In this document: positions 43,562-52,550 of the stretch, one piece after another
How positions within the stretch are numbered: the stretch's first letter is position 1
Layout of the letters: every line of letters starts with the position of its first letter
Notes under the pieces: generated by a model
Told to the model about the DNA's origin: nothing
Seen by the model: the letters and a program-made list of their open reading frames with translations, nothing else
The model's database searches: none
Source of the DNA: an uncultured Actinomycetes bacterium
GTDB lineage: Bacteria > Chloroflexota > Dormibacteria > Dormibacterales > Dormibacteraceae
Assembly (NCBI GenBank): GCA_964640005.1
Contig: CAZXGB010000001.1
Span: 103,456-167,455, forward strand
Direction of reading: 5' to 3'
Length of the DNA: 64,000 nt
Translations under genes and position numbers: made by a program

Positions 43562-45177
43562 GGCGCCACGCCGTCCAGCCACCGGAGGACGATGTCGACG
43601 GTCGCCTCCTGTCCCGACACCGTCATGTAGCCGTGGATCCGCTCGTCGGTCAGCGTCTCGGTCACGCGGTCGCCCGCGGCCTTCAACATCGCCCCGAGGT
43701 CGCCCTCCATGGCCGCCGTGTACGAACGAAAGCCCTCGTCGTGCACCCCGTAGGCGATCAGCAGCGGCGTCCTCGACCGCGCCACGCGGTCGAACGCGGC
43801 GCGCATCCGCGGGTGCACCGGGCTCAGCGCGTCGCACGGCTCGCCGCCGGCCTCCTCCGCCTCGAAGCGTTCCGCCACCGGCGGCGCGAGCAGAACCAGG
43901 CCGGTGAGCTCGGGCGCGTGGTCGGCGGTGTTGAGAGCGGCCACCGCGCCCTGGCAGGACCCGATCGTGAGCACACGGGAGAGGCCGCGGGCGCACAGCC
44001 ACGCGTAGGCGGCCCGGGCGGCCGCGAAGACCGCGAGCTTGGAGGGCTCGTCGATGGGGTCGGTCGGTTCGGGCCCTGGGCTGTCGCCTCGCCCGGGATG
44101 GTCGACCTGGAGGACGTGGTAGCCGCGCGAGGCCAGGCGCCGCGCCAGCGTCGTCGCCACCTGGTTGCGCCCGAAGGCGGGCATTCCGCCGCCGCCCCAC
44201 AGCAGCAGCGCCGCTTCGCCGCGCGGCGGCCCGGACGGAGGCGTCAGCAGGGCGAACACCTCAACGCCCTCAGCCGCGATGAAGGTGCATTCTGCGCTGC
44301 CGGCCTCCGGAGCCCCGCCGACCGGCACGGGATCCTCCGAGCGCGGCAGCCACGGTGAAATCACACCGGCCAGGCCCTCCGCCAGGGCGGGGGAGTCGGC
44401 CTGCTGGGTGCGATGAAACCACCATCCCTCGGCGACTCCGACCGACGCCGTCGTCACGCTGCCTTCGAGCGTGGCCAGCTCGCGGGGCAGCCCGCTGCCG
44501 ATCGCCAGGACACGCCTGCCCGCTCCGGCCGCGACCACGTCGCCGAGGAGCAGGCCGCGAAGCGAGGCGGCCAGCCGCTCGTGGAGTGAGTATCCGAGCA
44601 GGTCCACGCGGCCTTCACGGCGGAGCTCCTCGTCCAGCTCGGCGGCGGTAGGCGGCCGCCTCCGCAGCTGTCCGCCGTCGGCGATCATGCGCGCGCGGAA
44701 ACCCTCGCGCACGAACGCGGCACCGTCGACCACCGGCTCCCACAGCACCAGCGGCAGGCCTTCGGCGGCCGCGGCGGCCACGAGCGCGCCGCACCTGGTG
44801 CCGCCGACCGTCACCGGCGCGTCAGTGGCAGACCGCGCGGCGCGCACGACCGCCTGCGCGTCCGCGACCAGCGTGGCGAACGAGACGCCGGCGGGCGAGC
44901 CCGCGCTGTAGCCCGTGCCCGCGTAGTGGAAGCGCCAGACCGCCACCCCGCGGCGGGCAAGGGCGGCTGCGGCCAGCACCTCGCGCCTGTAGCTGAAGGG
45001 GTGGTCGGCGAGCAGCGGCGGGCACATCACCAGGGTCGCCGTCGCGCCGGTCGAGGGGGCGTGGACGGTGTGGAAGAGGTCGCCTGAGGGGCCGGGCAGG
45101 AACCCGACCCGCTGCTCGACCTCGGCCTCCGCGACCTCGACGGCCGGCGCCGGCCCGGTCCGGGTGACGGGGGTCAC
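43558..45177 (-). CDS. Fused tandem alpha/beta-hydrolase-fold protein (N-half hydr2_PEP-like, C-half hydr1_PEP-like)
   Basis: GTG 45177 overlaps the upstream stop (GTGA). N-half: TVGGTRCGALVAAAAA...LVLWEPVVDGAAFVREGFRARM. C-half: VLQVDHPGRGDSPG...LTIGSCQGAVAAL...GLVLLAPPV, a GxCxG elbow. Confidence 0.7.
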   Translation of the reverse strand: MTPVTRTGPAPAVEVAEAEVEQRVGFLPGPSGDLFHTVHAPSTGATATLVMCPPLLADHPFSYRREVLAAAALARRGVAVWRFHYAGTGYSAGSPAGVSFATLVADAQAVVRAARSATDAPVTVGGTRCGALVAAAAAEGLPLVLWEPVVDGAAFVREGFRARMIADGGQLRRRPPTAAELDEELRREGRVDLLGYSLHERLAASLRGLLLGDVVAAGAGRRVLAIGSGLPRELATLEGSVTTASVGVAEGWWFHRTQQADSPALAEGLAGVISPWLPRSEDPVPVGGAPEAGSAECTFIAAEGVEVFALLTPPSGPPRGEAALLLWGGGGMPAFGRNQVATTLARRLASRGYHVLQVDHPGRGDSPGPEPTDPIDEPSKLAVFAAARAAYAWLCARGLSRVLTIGSCQGAVAALNTADHAPELTGLVLLAPPVAERFEAEEAGGEPCDALSPVHPRMRAAFDRVARSRTPLLIAYGVHDEGFRSYTAAMEGDLGAMLKAAGDRVTETLTDERIHGYMTVSGQEATVDIVLRWLDGVAP

Positions 45178-47105
45178 GAGCCCGACGAGGTTCCGGCCGC
45201 GACCAGGTCCCCGAGCTTGCGCGGGCGGACCGCCGGCTTCGGCGCGCGCGCGATCAGCGCGACGTCGGGACCGCCGAGGGCCTCGAGCCGCGTCCCCCAC
45301 AGGTGCGTGTGGAACCAGCGGTTGAACGCGTCGTGCAGGCGGCGGCGCTCCGGGTCGTAGGACGAGGCTTCGAGGTGATAGAGCGCCACGTCGGCGAAGT
45401 ACCAGTTCTGGCGCCCCGCCTCGAGCAGGCGCAGGCACAGGTCCGAGTCCTCGAAATCACCCTGCACGTAGTCGCCGGACAGGCCGCCGAGCCGCTGATA
45501 GAGCTCGGTCGCGATCATCATGCAGGCGCCGGTGACCGCGGGGACGGGGCGCGACACGGCCGCCGCCGGCAGGTCGCGGTGCATGCCCTTGAAGAAGTGC
45601 TCGTTGTTCCAGGGCAGCGTGTCGCTCAGCCGCTCGAAGAACATCCCCGCGTGCTGCAGCGTGTCGTCCTCGTAGAGCAGCTTCGGGCCGATCGCGCCCG
45701 GGCTGGCGAGCCCGTCGTAGAACCGCGCCATCGCGCCCAGCCAGCCGGGCTTGTCGGGAAAGACGTCCGAGTTCATCAGGAGGAGCAGCCGGCCTCGGGC
45801 GATCGAGGCTCCGAGGTTGTTCGCGCCCGCGAAGCCGACGTTCGCGGAGAGGATCGCGACCCGGAAGGGCTGGCCGTAGAGGGGGAAGAGGCGGCGGGCG
45901 CTGTCGAGCAGCTCGTCCTCGAGCTCCGGCGAGTCGAGCACGTAGATCAGCTCCGCCGACCGCATCTCGGGGTCCCCGGCAAACTGCGTCAGCTGGTGCT
46001 CGATGAGGTCGATTCGGCGGTAGAGCGGGACCACCACCGAAACCGCCGGAGACGCGATCGGAGGCCCGAACTGCTTGACCGTCTCGATCGCGGCCGCCCG
46101 CTGCCTCGCCCGCTGCAGCCGCCTGATGGCTGGAACGATCTGGCCGGTGCGCAGCGTCGAGGCCGGCAGGCGCTCGGCGACGAGGTCTTCGAGGACGATC
46201 CGCACCACGTCGGACGCGCTGGTCGAAACCTTCGGCGCGCCCACCTCGAGGAGTGCGCCCGCCCTTGTCTCGAGCTCGACCAGCCATCCCTCCGGCCGGG
46301 CGCTGGGCGCGCAGCTGACGAAGGCGGCGAAACCCTTCCACGCGCTGTCCTGGGCCTCGCGCGAGGGCGCGAGGTCGTACCAGTAGGCGCGCTCGAGGAT
46401 CTCGACCCGGCTGCCCTCCGGTGACACCACCGTCACCCGGAGCGGGCGCGAGCTCCCGGGCCGGATCCGGCCGCGGATGAAAAAGGCATCGCGGTCGAGC
46501 CTCGCCACCGCGTCGACCAGGGCCATCGGTCCGCCCGGGGCCAGCGTCACGGGGAGCCGCTCCCGCAGCGCTTCCCGCAACGCATGGAGCGAGGCGCTCA
46601 AGCGGACCTCGCGCTCGGTCCCGAACAGCGAGCCTCGATCGTCACGCCGGCGGGGTGCGGGTTCGGGCCCGGAGGCACCCTCGACGAGAAACTCGAGGAC
46701 CGCGGCCCTGGTCTCCGGCGCCATCCACGCCAGGCTTTCGCGGGCCAGATCCTGCTCGGTTCCCAGCACCCTTTTCACCGCCGAGGCGGCGACCGTCCCG
46801 GACGGGGATCCCGCGGTCGACAGGGTCGCGGGCAGGTCGCCGTCACACAGGCGCCAGTGCACCAGGACGCGGGCGATACCGGCGACCGACTCGCCGCGCC
46901 GGAAGGGCAGGACCATGAACCGCGGCCCATCGGGGCCGGAGTCAGACCGGGCCGCGGCGCTCGCCACCTGGGCCGGCAGGCGTCCGGTCAGCAGGAGATC
47001 CGAATCGCTGAGCCAGGCCGCGATTTCGGGCTCGAGCTCCGCGTGCACCCTGGCCCGGATCCCGGCGCGGGCCGCCGGCCTGGTCGTGGCCGTCCGCCGC
47101 TTCAT
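45174..47105 (-). CDS. GT2 glycosyltransferase with ~330-aa N-terminal domain of unknown function
   Basis: ATG 47105 overlaps the upstream stop (ATGA). GT2 blocks VSVVVPLYRR, YVLDSPE, NVGFAGANN, LMNSDVFP, FEDSDLCLRL. Confidence 0.8.
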   Translation of the reverse strand: MKRRTATTRPAARAGIRARVHAELEPEIAAWLSDSDLLLTGRLPAQVASAAARSDSGPDGPRFMVLPFRRGESVAGIARVLVHWRLCDGDLPATLSTAGSPSGTVAASAVKRVLGTEQDLARESLAWMAPETRAAVLEFLVEGASGPEPAPRRRDDRGSLFGTEREVRLSASLHALREALRERLPVTLAPGGPMALVDAVARLDRDAFFIRGRIRPGSSRPLRVTVVSPEGSRVEILERAYWYDLAPSREAQDSAWKGFAAFVSCAPSARPEGWLVELETRAGALLEVGAPKVSTSASDVVRIVLEDLVAERLPASTLRTGQIVPAIRRLQRARQRAAAIETVKQFGPPIASPAVSVVVPLYRRIDLIEHQLTQFAGDPEMRSAELIYVLDSPELEDELLDSARRLFPLYGQPFRVAILSANVGFAGANNLGASIARGRLLLLMNSDVFPDKPGWLGAMARFYDGLASPGAIGPKLLYEDDTLQHAGMFFERLSDTLPWNNEHFFKGMHRDLPAAAVSRPVPAVTGACMMIATELYQRLGGLSGDYVQGDFEDSDLCLRLLEAGRQNWYFADVALYHLEASSYDPERRRLHDAFNRWFHTHLWGTRLEALGGPDVALIARAPKPAVRPRKLGDLVAAGTSSGS

Positions 47106-48412
47106 GCCGGAACCCTGGAGGCGAGCCCTGCGTACAGCTCCCGCAGCCGAGCCGCGTGGTGGTCCATCGAGTAGTCGGGTGGAGGCGCGGTCCGCAGCTT
47201 CTCCCACAGCTCCTTGTCGCCCGCCGCGCGGGCCATCACGTCGGCGAGGCTCCGCGCGCTGCCGGCGCGGAAGTGCAGCCCGTTGACGCCGTCCGTCACC
47301 TTCTCGGCCATGCCGCCGATGTCGCTGCAGATCACCGGCCGTCCGTACATGAAGGCCTCCTGGATGACCAGGGGGGAATTCTCCCACCAGATCGACGGCA
47401 CGACGACCCAGTCGACGTCGGCCATGATCTCGCGCAGGTCCTTGGGCGCGTACCGGCCGACCAGCGTCACGTTCGTCGCCTTGTCGAGCAGGTCCTTGAG
47501 CTCGCGCTGGAACTCTCCGCGCTGGATGTCGAGATTCGCCCCATGCAGGTACAGGTGCGGCTTCGGGTCGGCCCCGCGACGCGGCGCCTTGCGTGACGAG
47601 CCGTCATCCTCGCCCTCGTCGGCCAGCAGCGACATGGCGCGGACGGCGAGGTCGACGCCCTTGTACCTGCTCAGCTGGCCGAGGAACGCGAAGCGGTCGG
47701 GGAAGTGGCGCCGCGAGCCGCCGACGCGAGCCGGGATCGAGAGCCGCCCGTACTCCTCGACCTGGATCTTGGCCGGGTCGACGCCCCAGTCCACGTAGCG
47801 GTCGCGCAGAAACTTGCTCGGGGCGATGAACCGGTCGACCAGCGACATCTGGGACTGGATGAACCGGCGGCGGATGAAGAAGGTCTGAGGCGCGATCTGC
47901 GGGAAGCACTCGTGGCAGCGCTGAGGCGACGCCTCGAGGCAGGGCTTTTCGTCGACGGTGCGGACCATCTGCCCGTCGCGATGGCAGATGGGCAGGTACT
48001 CGTGCAGCGTGTACAGGATTCCGGCGTTCGGGGCGGCCTGGCGGACCGCCCGGATCAGGTCGTAGCCCATGAACTGCGTGTGCTGGAAGTGGACGATGTC
48101 CGGGGCGAACGCTTTGACGAAGCCGGCGATGTGGCGGGTCAGGAACTCCTTGTCGCTGACCGTGCCGTAGACCCAGTCGTAGTGATAGCCGGTGGTGTGG
48201 ACGAAGTACTGGCCCGAGTCCTCCCCGACCAGCGAGAACAGGGTACCCGGCCGCGGCCCGTATCCAGTGTCTCCGGCGCGGCAGACCAACGCGGCTTCGA
48301 CGCCGCTCTGGCCGCGCATCGACCGGTAGAGCTCGTAGGCATACTGCTCGGCGCCTCCGGGGCGGACCGTGGGATGCCCGTGCGCGAAGTACAGGACGCG
48401 GAGCTGGCTCAC
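47102..48412 (-). CDS. GT4-family (GT-B) glycosyltransferase
   Basis: GTG 48412 overlaps the upstream stop (GTGA). LRVLYFAHGHPTVRPGGAEQY, FLGQLSRYKG, PSIWWENSPLVIQEAFMYGRPVICSDIGGMAEKV (EX7E region). Confidence 0.85.
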   Translation of the reverse strand: MSQLRVLYFAHGHPTVRPGGAEQYAYELYRSMRGQSGVEAALVCRAGDTGYGPRPGTLFSLVGEDSGQYFVHTTGYHYDWVYGTVSDKEFLTRHIAGFVKAFAPDIVHFQHTQFMGYDLIRAVRQAAPNAGILYTLHEYLPICHRDGQMVRTVDEKPCLEASPQRCHECFPQIAPQTFFIRRRFIQSQMSLVDRFIAPSKFLRDRYVDWGVDPAKIQVEEYGRLSIPARVGGSRRHFPDRFAFLGQLSRYKGVDLAVRAMSLLADEGEDDGSSRKAPRRGADPKPHLYLHGANLDIQRGEFQRELKDLLDKATNVTLVGRYAPKDLREIMADVDWVVVPSIWWENSPLVIQEAFMYGRPVICSDIGGMAEKVTDGVNGLHFRAGSARSLADVMARAAGDKELWEKLRTAPPPDYSMDHHAARLRELYAGLASRVPA

Positions 48413-49131
48413 CGGCCGGACGTCCTCGCGGGCGGCAGCGCGAACACGGCGCAGACGTGGCGCTGGTCGATCACGGTCCGCCACGTCGATCGACACTTCG
48501 CGACGAGCTCGTCGGTCGGCTGACCGGACGTCGAGGCGGGGAAGACCACGTACTCCGCGCCCGCGCTCCTGACCGCCGTCGCGAGGTCCGGCAGGCGCGA
48601 GCCGGCGGCCAACTCGACGGGCGGCGACTCGAGCACCCTGAACTCGTCGCCGGACAGCGCGGCGCCCGACCAGCCGAACGCGACGACGGCGGTCCCCGCC
48701 GGCAGAACGGCCGCCACGAGGTCGCGCAGCTGCCGCTCGACGGCCGTGCTCGTCGGCACCGTCGAGGCGGGTCGCCGGGCCAGCGCGTAGATCGTGCACG
48801 CTTCGCTCCGGTGGACCAGCTCGCCGTTCCGGTTGAGGTGGGCGCGGAGGTCGGTGTAGTAGTCGAGGAACCACGAATAGGTGGCCGGGATCACGAGATA
48901 CTGCGCCCCGCGCTCCCGCAGCGATTCGAGGTGAGCCACCGCGGCGGCACCGGTGTCTGGGTGATGGCCCAGGTACTGGCCGGTGGTGGTCTGCGGATAG
49001 TGCATCCCGTGACGCTGGTCGAAAAGGATGATCGCGGGGTCTCCTTTGCTCACGACCGCCACGGCCGACCCCGCTGGGACGTGCTCCCAGACGAGCTCAC
49101 GCACGCGGTGGACGACGGCCGCGTAGTCCAT
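48409..49131 (-). CDS. Hypothetical protein made of two copies of the ~115-aa accessory module also found at the C-terminus of GT2 32003-33259
   Basis: Copy 1: VRELVWEHVPAGSAVAVVSKGD...AHLESLRERGAQYLVIPATYSWFLDYY. Copy 2 is more degenerate: LRDLVAAVLPAGTAVVAF...AVRSAGAEYVVFPAS. Confidence 0.6.
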   Translation of the reverse strand: MDYAAVVHRVRELVWEHVPAGSAVAVVSKGDPAIILFDQRHGMHYPQTTTGQYLGHHPDTGAAAVAHLESLRERGAQYLVIPATYSWFLDYYTDLRAHLNRNGELVHRSEACTIYALARRPASTVPTSTAVERQLRDLVAAVLPAGTAVVAFGWSGAALSGDEFRVLESPPVELAAGSRLPDLATAVRSAGAEYVVFPASTSGQPTDELVAKCRSTWRTVIDQRHVCAVFALPPARTSGR

Positions 49132-49151
49132 CTACCTTTTCCGACCCCTTC

Positions 49152-50234
49152 TCAGTGCGGCCGGCCGTTCGCGCCGGCGCCGGCCGCCTCGACGGCCGAA
49201 AGCCGGTCACTGATCTGCGGCAGCGCCTGCCCGATCTGGTCGAGCTGCGCCCCGAGCCCGGGCAATTCATGGGTGCGCTGATAGTCGAGCTGGGCGGCGA
49301 TCCCGGCCAGGTCCGCGCTCCGGATGAAGCCGATCTCCGCCTCGAGCCGCGCGACCACCGCCGCCAGCCGGCGCACGTCGACGTGCACGTCGCGGATGGC
49401 CAGGTCGAGGGCGGAGAGGGCGGTCGCGATCGGGTCCGCGTTTTCGGCCGCGCCGGCATCCGGGTGATGGATCGACTCGGCGCGCAGGCTCGCATAGAGC
49501 GCGACCACGTCAGGTGAGGCGTTCCCACCGGCAAGCTCGGCCGGTGTCACGCGATGGTGCCGGAGCGGCACGCGCACGGACTGAACCGCCAGTTCCGGGT
49601 CCACGGTGCGAAGCCAGGGGAGTCGAGAGAGGAGGGCCTGCGCCGAGCCGACGGGGTCCGCGCACAGCGTCTCGTACTCGATCACGATCCGCGACTCCCT
49701 CGTCGTGTTGTCGAGGAGGGAGCGGTAGTGGGCCGCCCACAGCCGCATGCCCTCGTCCAGGGGCATGCCGTCTCGCCGCTGCAGCGAGCGCGCCGTCTCG
49801 AGCGGGTTCCTCAGCGTCACGATGACCGCCATATCGCCCCAGGCCGCGCGCCAGAAGGGAAGGGTCACCGCCGTACGGGGGTCCTTGAATCCCCAGGGCG
49901 CCCTTGCGTCCAGGCGGTCGCCGCGCGTTCGCGCGTCTATATATATGTGGTCGAGCCGGGGGTCCTCGGTCCAGCCGGCGGTGAGCTCGGGCGGCGCGCT
50001 CCACGTGCCCCCGAAGGCGGCGAGAATGGCGTCGTTCAGCTCGACCAGGCGGTTGTTCTCGAAGTATCCCGCCGGGTTGTAGGGATCGGCAGGCATGATG
50101 TCCGCCTCGTCGCCGAGCCACAGACCGTGGCGCTGCAGCAGGCCGGCCACGACCGACGTTCCGGTCCGGTGCATGCCTGTGATGCACACGCAGCGCAAAG
50201 CCGTGCGGGAAGCATCCATCGCCCCTCCATCCAT
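49152..50234 (-). CDS. Sulfotransferase-family protein with C-terminal helical/coiled-coil tail
   Basis: 5'-PSB-like loop ITGMHRTGTSVV, then FKDPRTAVTLPFW and TLRNPLETARS (3'-PB-like). ATG 50219 is an alternative start, 4 nt after GGAGG. Confidence 0.75.
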   Translation of the reverse strand: MDGGAMDASRTALRCVCITGMHRTGTSVVAGLLQRHGLWLGDEADIMPADPYNPAGYFENNRLVELNDAILAAFGGTWSAPPELTAGWTEDPRLDHIYIDARTRGDRLDARAPWGFKDPRTAVTLPFWRAAWGDMAVIVTLRNPLETARSLQRRDGMPLDEGMRLWAAHYRSLLDNTTRESRIVIEYETLCADPVGSAQALLSRLPWLRTVDPELAVQSVRVPLRHHRVTPAELAGGNASPDVVALYASLRAESIHHPDAGAAENADPIATALSALDLAIRDVHVDVRRLAAVVARLEAEIGFIRSADLAGIAAQLDYQRTHELPGLGAQLDQIGQALPQISDRLSAVEAAGAGANGRPH

Positions 50235-50246
50235 GGACAGCGCAAC

Positions 50247-50336
50247 GCTAAGGCCGGCGAGTTAAGGGCAGGACGGCCGCCAGTTAAGGCTTCCCGGCCC
50301 GGCCCGCGGCCGGGAAGTAGATAACCCGCAGATAAC
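50247..50336. promoter_or_regulatory. Repeat-rich divergent control region (sulfotransferase operon / pstCAB)
   Basis: Three TAAGG-core repeats (50249-50253, 50263-50267, 50285-89; the last two are 22 bp apart). Perfect 10-bp inverted repeat cttcccggcc (50290-50299) / ggccgggaag (50308-50317). Direct repeat AGATAAC at 50319-50325 and 50330-50336 (11-bp phasing). Confidence 0.4.
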
Positions 50337-50383
50337 TATCGCTACGCATCCTCTTCACGGAGGGTGCGTACATTCGCTAGCCG

Positions 50384-51427
50384 GTGCGTCCGCCTCAGCG
50401 GTCGCCGTCTGCAATCACGGGGTTTTGGGAGTTTGGCTTGGCAGTAGGTGTGGCTCCGGCCGCCCAGCGGGTGGGTGCGCCTCGGGCGATCAGAGTCCGG
50501 AGGGCCTTCTCTGACGTCCTCTACCGTTGGCTGTCATCGGGCGCAGGGCTTCTCACCCTGGTGCTGCTGGTCCTGATCGGGATCTTCCTGGTCCTCCAGA
50601 GCGCGCCCGCTTTCCGGCTCGCCGGCTGGACCTTTCTCACGACGCAGACGTGGTCGCCGGACGGCCTGTCGCACCGCTTCGGCGTTGCGGCGGTCCTCTA
50701 CTGGACGGTGGTGATCGCGGCGATCGCGCTGGTGATCGCCGTCCCGGTGTCCATCACCACGGCGCTCTTCATCAACGAGTACGCGCCGCGCCGGATTCGC
50801 CGGGCGCTCACCGCTCTCGTCGACCTCCTGGCCGCGATCCCGAGCGTGATCTACGGCATATGGGGCCTGGCCTTTCTCGAGCAGTACCTGGTGCTGGTCT
50901 CCTCCTGGCTCGCCGAGAACGCGTCCTTCATCCCGATCTTCAAGACCGACGTCCCGCTGTACGCGGGCTCCGCCTTCATCGCCGGCGTGGTCGTGTCCCT
51001 GATGGTGCAGCCGATCTGCACCTCGGTGATGCGGGAGGTCTTCGCCCAGACGCCGCCCGCCGAGCGCGAGGCGGCGTTCGCGCTGGGCGCAACGAGGTGG
51101 GGCATGATCCGGATGGTCGTCCTGCCGTTCGGCACGGGCGGCATCATCGGCGGCGCGATGCTCGGCCTCGGCCGGGCGCTCGGCGAGACCATCGCCGTGG
51201 CGCTGGTCGTCTCGCCGGTCTTCATCATCTCGCCGCAGATCCTCCAGACCGGGACCAACTCAGTCGCCGCGCTGATCGCTCTCCAGTTCGGCGAGTCGAG
51301 CCGCCAGTACGGCATCCCGGCGCTCATGGCGGCGGGGCTGTCGCTCTTCGTGATGACCCTGCTGGTGAACTTCGCCGCCTCGCTGGTGGTGGCGCGGTCC
51401 CGCTCGGGCAAGGGCGTGGAGATCTGA
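50384..51427 (+). CDS. pstC: Phosphate ABC transporter permease PstC
   Basis: Six TM segments. The EAA-like region [37 protein letters not shown] is typical of PstC. The start is uncertain (GTG 50384, or TTG 50438 lying 6 nt after GGGAG). Confidence 0.9.
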   Translation: MRPPQRSPSAITGFWEFGLAVGVAPAAQRVGAPRAIRVRRAFSDVLYRWLSSGAGLLTLVLLVLIGIFLVLQSAPAFRLAGWTFLTTQTWSPDGLSHRFGVAAVLYWTVVIAAIALVIAVPVSITTALFINEYAPRRIRRALTALVDLLAAIPSVIYGIWGLAFLEQYLVLVSSWLAENASFIPIFKTDVPLYAGSAFIAGVVVSLMVQPICTSVMREVFAQTPPAEREAAFALGATRWGMIRMVVLPFGTGGIIGGAMLGLGRALGETIAVALVVSPVFIISPQILQTGTNSVAALIALQFGESSRQYGIPALMAAGLSLFVMTLLVNFAASLVVARSRSGKGVEI

Positions 51428-52548
51428 TGGCGGCGACGCAGCTGCACGACGAGCCGATCCGCATCCGCACCGTCAAGCCCGACGACCTCCTCGTGGTGGC
51501 CGCGGCTGCGGTCTCCTCAGGCTGCCTCACCTGGCTGGTCTACTGGCAGCTGGCGCCGCAGCCTGGCGTGCTCGGCTTCGTGCTCGCGTGGTTCGCGACG
51601 TTCTCGGTCATGTACTGGCTCGCGACGCGCCGCACCCTTGGCAAGCTGTTCGCGGAGGACAGGCTGACCGCGGTGGTGATCACGGCCGGCGCGGTGGTGA
51701 TGCTCGGTCCGCTGGTCCTGATCATCAGCTTCGTCGCCGTCAAGGGCTTCGCGGTGATCACGCCGCACTTCTTCACCGATACCGCGCAGTTCTGCGGCCA
51801 GCTCGACTCGGCCACGTGCGGCGGCGTCGGGCACGCGATCGTCGGAACCGTGGAGCAGGTCGGGATCGCGGCCGTCATGGCCGTGCCGCTGGCCGTGCTC
51901 TGCGCGGTGTTCCTGAACGAGATCGGCGGCGTGCTGACGCGGCCCGTCCGGCTCTTCGTGGACGCGATGAGCGGCGTCCCGTCGATCGTCGCGGGTCTGT
52001 TCATCTACGCCGTGTGGGTGGTCGCGTTCCAGCGCGGCTTCAGCGGAATCGGCGCCTCCTTCGCCCTGGCCATCCTCATGCTGCCGACGATCACCCGCAC
52101 GACCGAGGTGGTGCTCCGGCTCGTGCCGGACGGGCTTCGCGAGGGCTCGCTGGCGCTGGGCGGCACCGAATGGCGGACCGTGTGGCTGGTGGTCCTGCCC
52201 ACGGCCGGAAGCGGCATCATCACCGCCGTCATCCTCGGCGTGGCCCGCGCCGTGGGCGAGACGGCGCCCCTGCTGCTCACGTCCTTCGGCTCATCCGTCA
52301 TGAACACGAATCCGCTCAGCGGGCCCCAGGAAGCCCTGCCTCACTACGTCTACCAGTACATCAAGTTCAATCCCGGCACCGGCCCGTATCAGCGGGCATG
52401 GGCCGCCGCGGCGGTGCTGACCGCCCTGGTGCTGGCGCTGTTCACGCTGGCGCGTCTTTTCGGAGCCCTGACGTCGATCGAAGCACGCCAGGCGCGCGCC
52501 ATGCGACGTCTCCGCCGGCACGCTCAACCCTTGGAGGCCAAAGCCTGA
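51427..52548 (+). CDS. pstA: Phosphate ABC transporter permease PstA
   Basis: ATG 51427 overlaps the pstC stop by 1 nt. Block [42 protein letters not shown]. Confidence 0.9.
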   Translation: MAATQLHDEPIRIRTVKPDDLLVVAAAAVSSGCLTWLVYWQLAPQPGVLGFVLAWFATFSVMYWLATRRTLGKLFAEDRLTAVVITAGAVVMLGPLVLIISFVAVKGFAVITPHFFTDTAQFCGQLDSATCGGVGHAIVGTVEQVGIAAVMAVPLAVLCAVFLNEIGGVLTRPVRLFVDAMSGVPSIVAGLFIYAVWVVAFQRGFSGIGASFALAILMLPTITRTTEVVLRLVPDGLREGSLALGGTEWRTVWLVVLPTAGSGIITAVILGVARAVGETAPLLLTSFGSSVMNTNPLSGPQEALPHYVYQYIKFNPGTGPYQRAWAAAAVLTALVLALFTLARLFGALTSIEARQARAMRRLRRHAQPLEAKA

Positions 52549-52550
52549 CC

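Noticed and set aside
45178-45438. N-terminal extensions given by the ORF track for several locus genes: 43558-45438, 45174-47387, 47102-48874, 43298-44200, 41513-43060, 28360-31998, 32995-34392, 33837-35501, 34085-36505, 35752-37323.
   Set aside because: Each extension overlaps the preceding, homology-supported gene and is Arg/Pro-rich. In every case an in-frame ATG or GTG forms a 4-nt (or 7-nt) overlap with the upstream stop exactly where the recognisable domain begins.
50290-50317. The perfect 10-bp inverted repeat as an intrinsic terminator.
   Set aside because: It lies between two divergently transcribed genes, so no transcript is expected to end there, and there is no U-tract. I treat it as a possible operator or leader structure instead.
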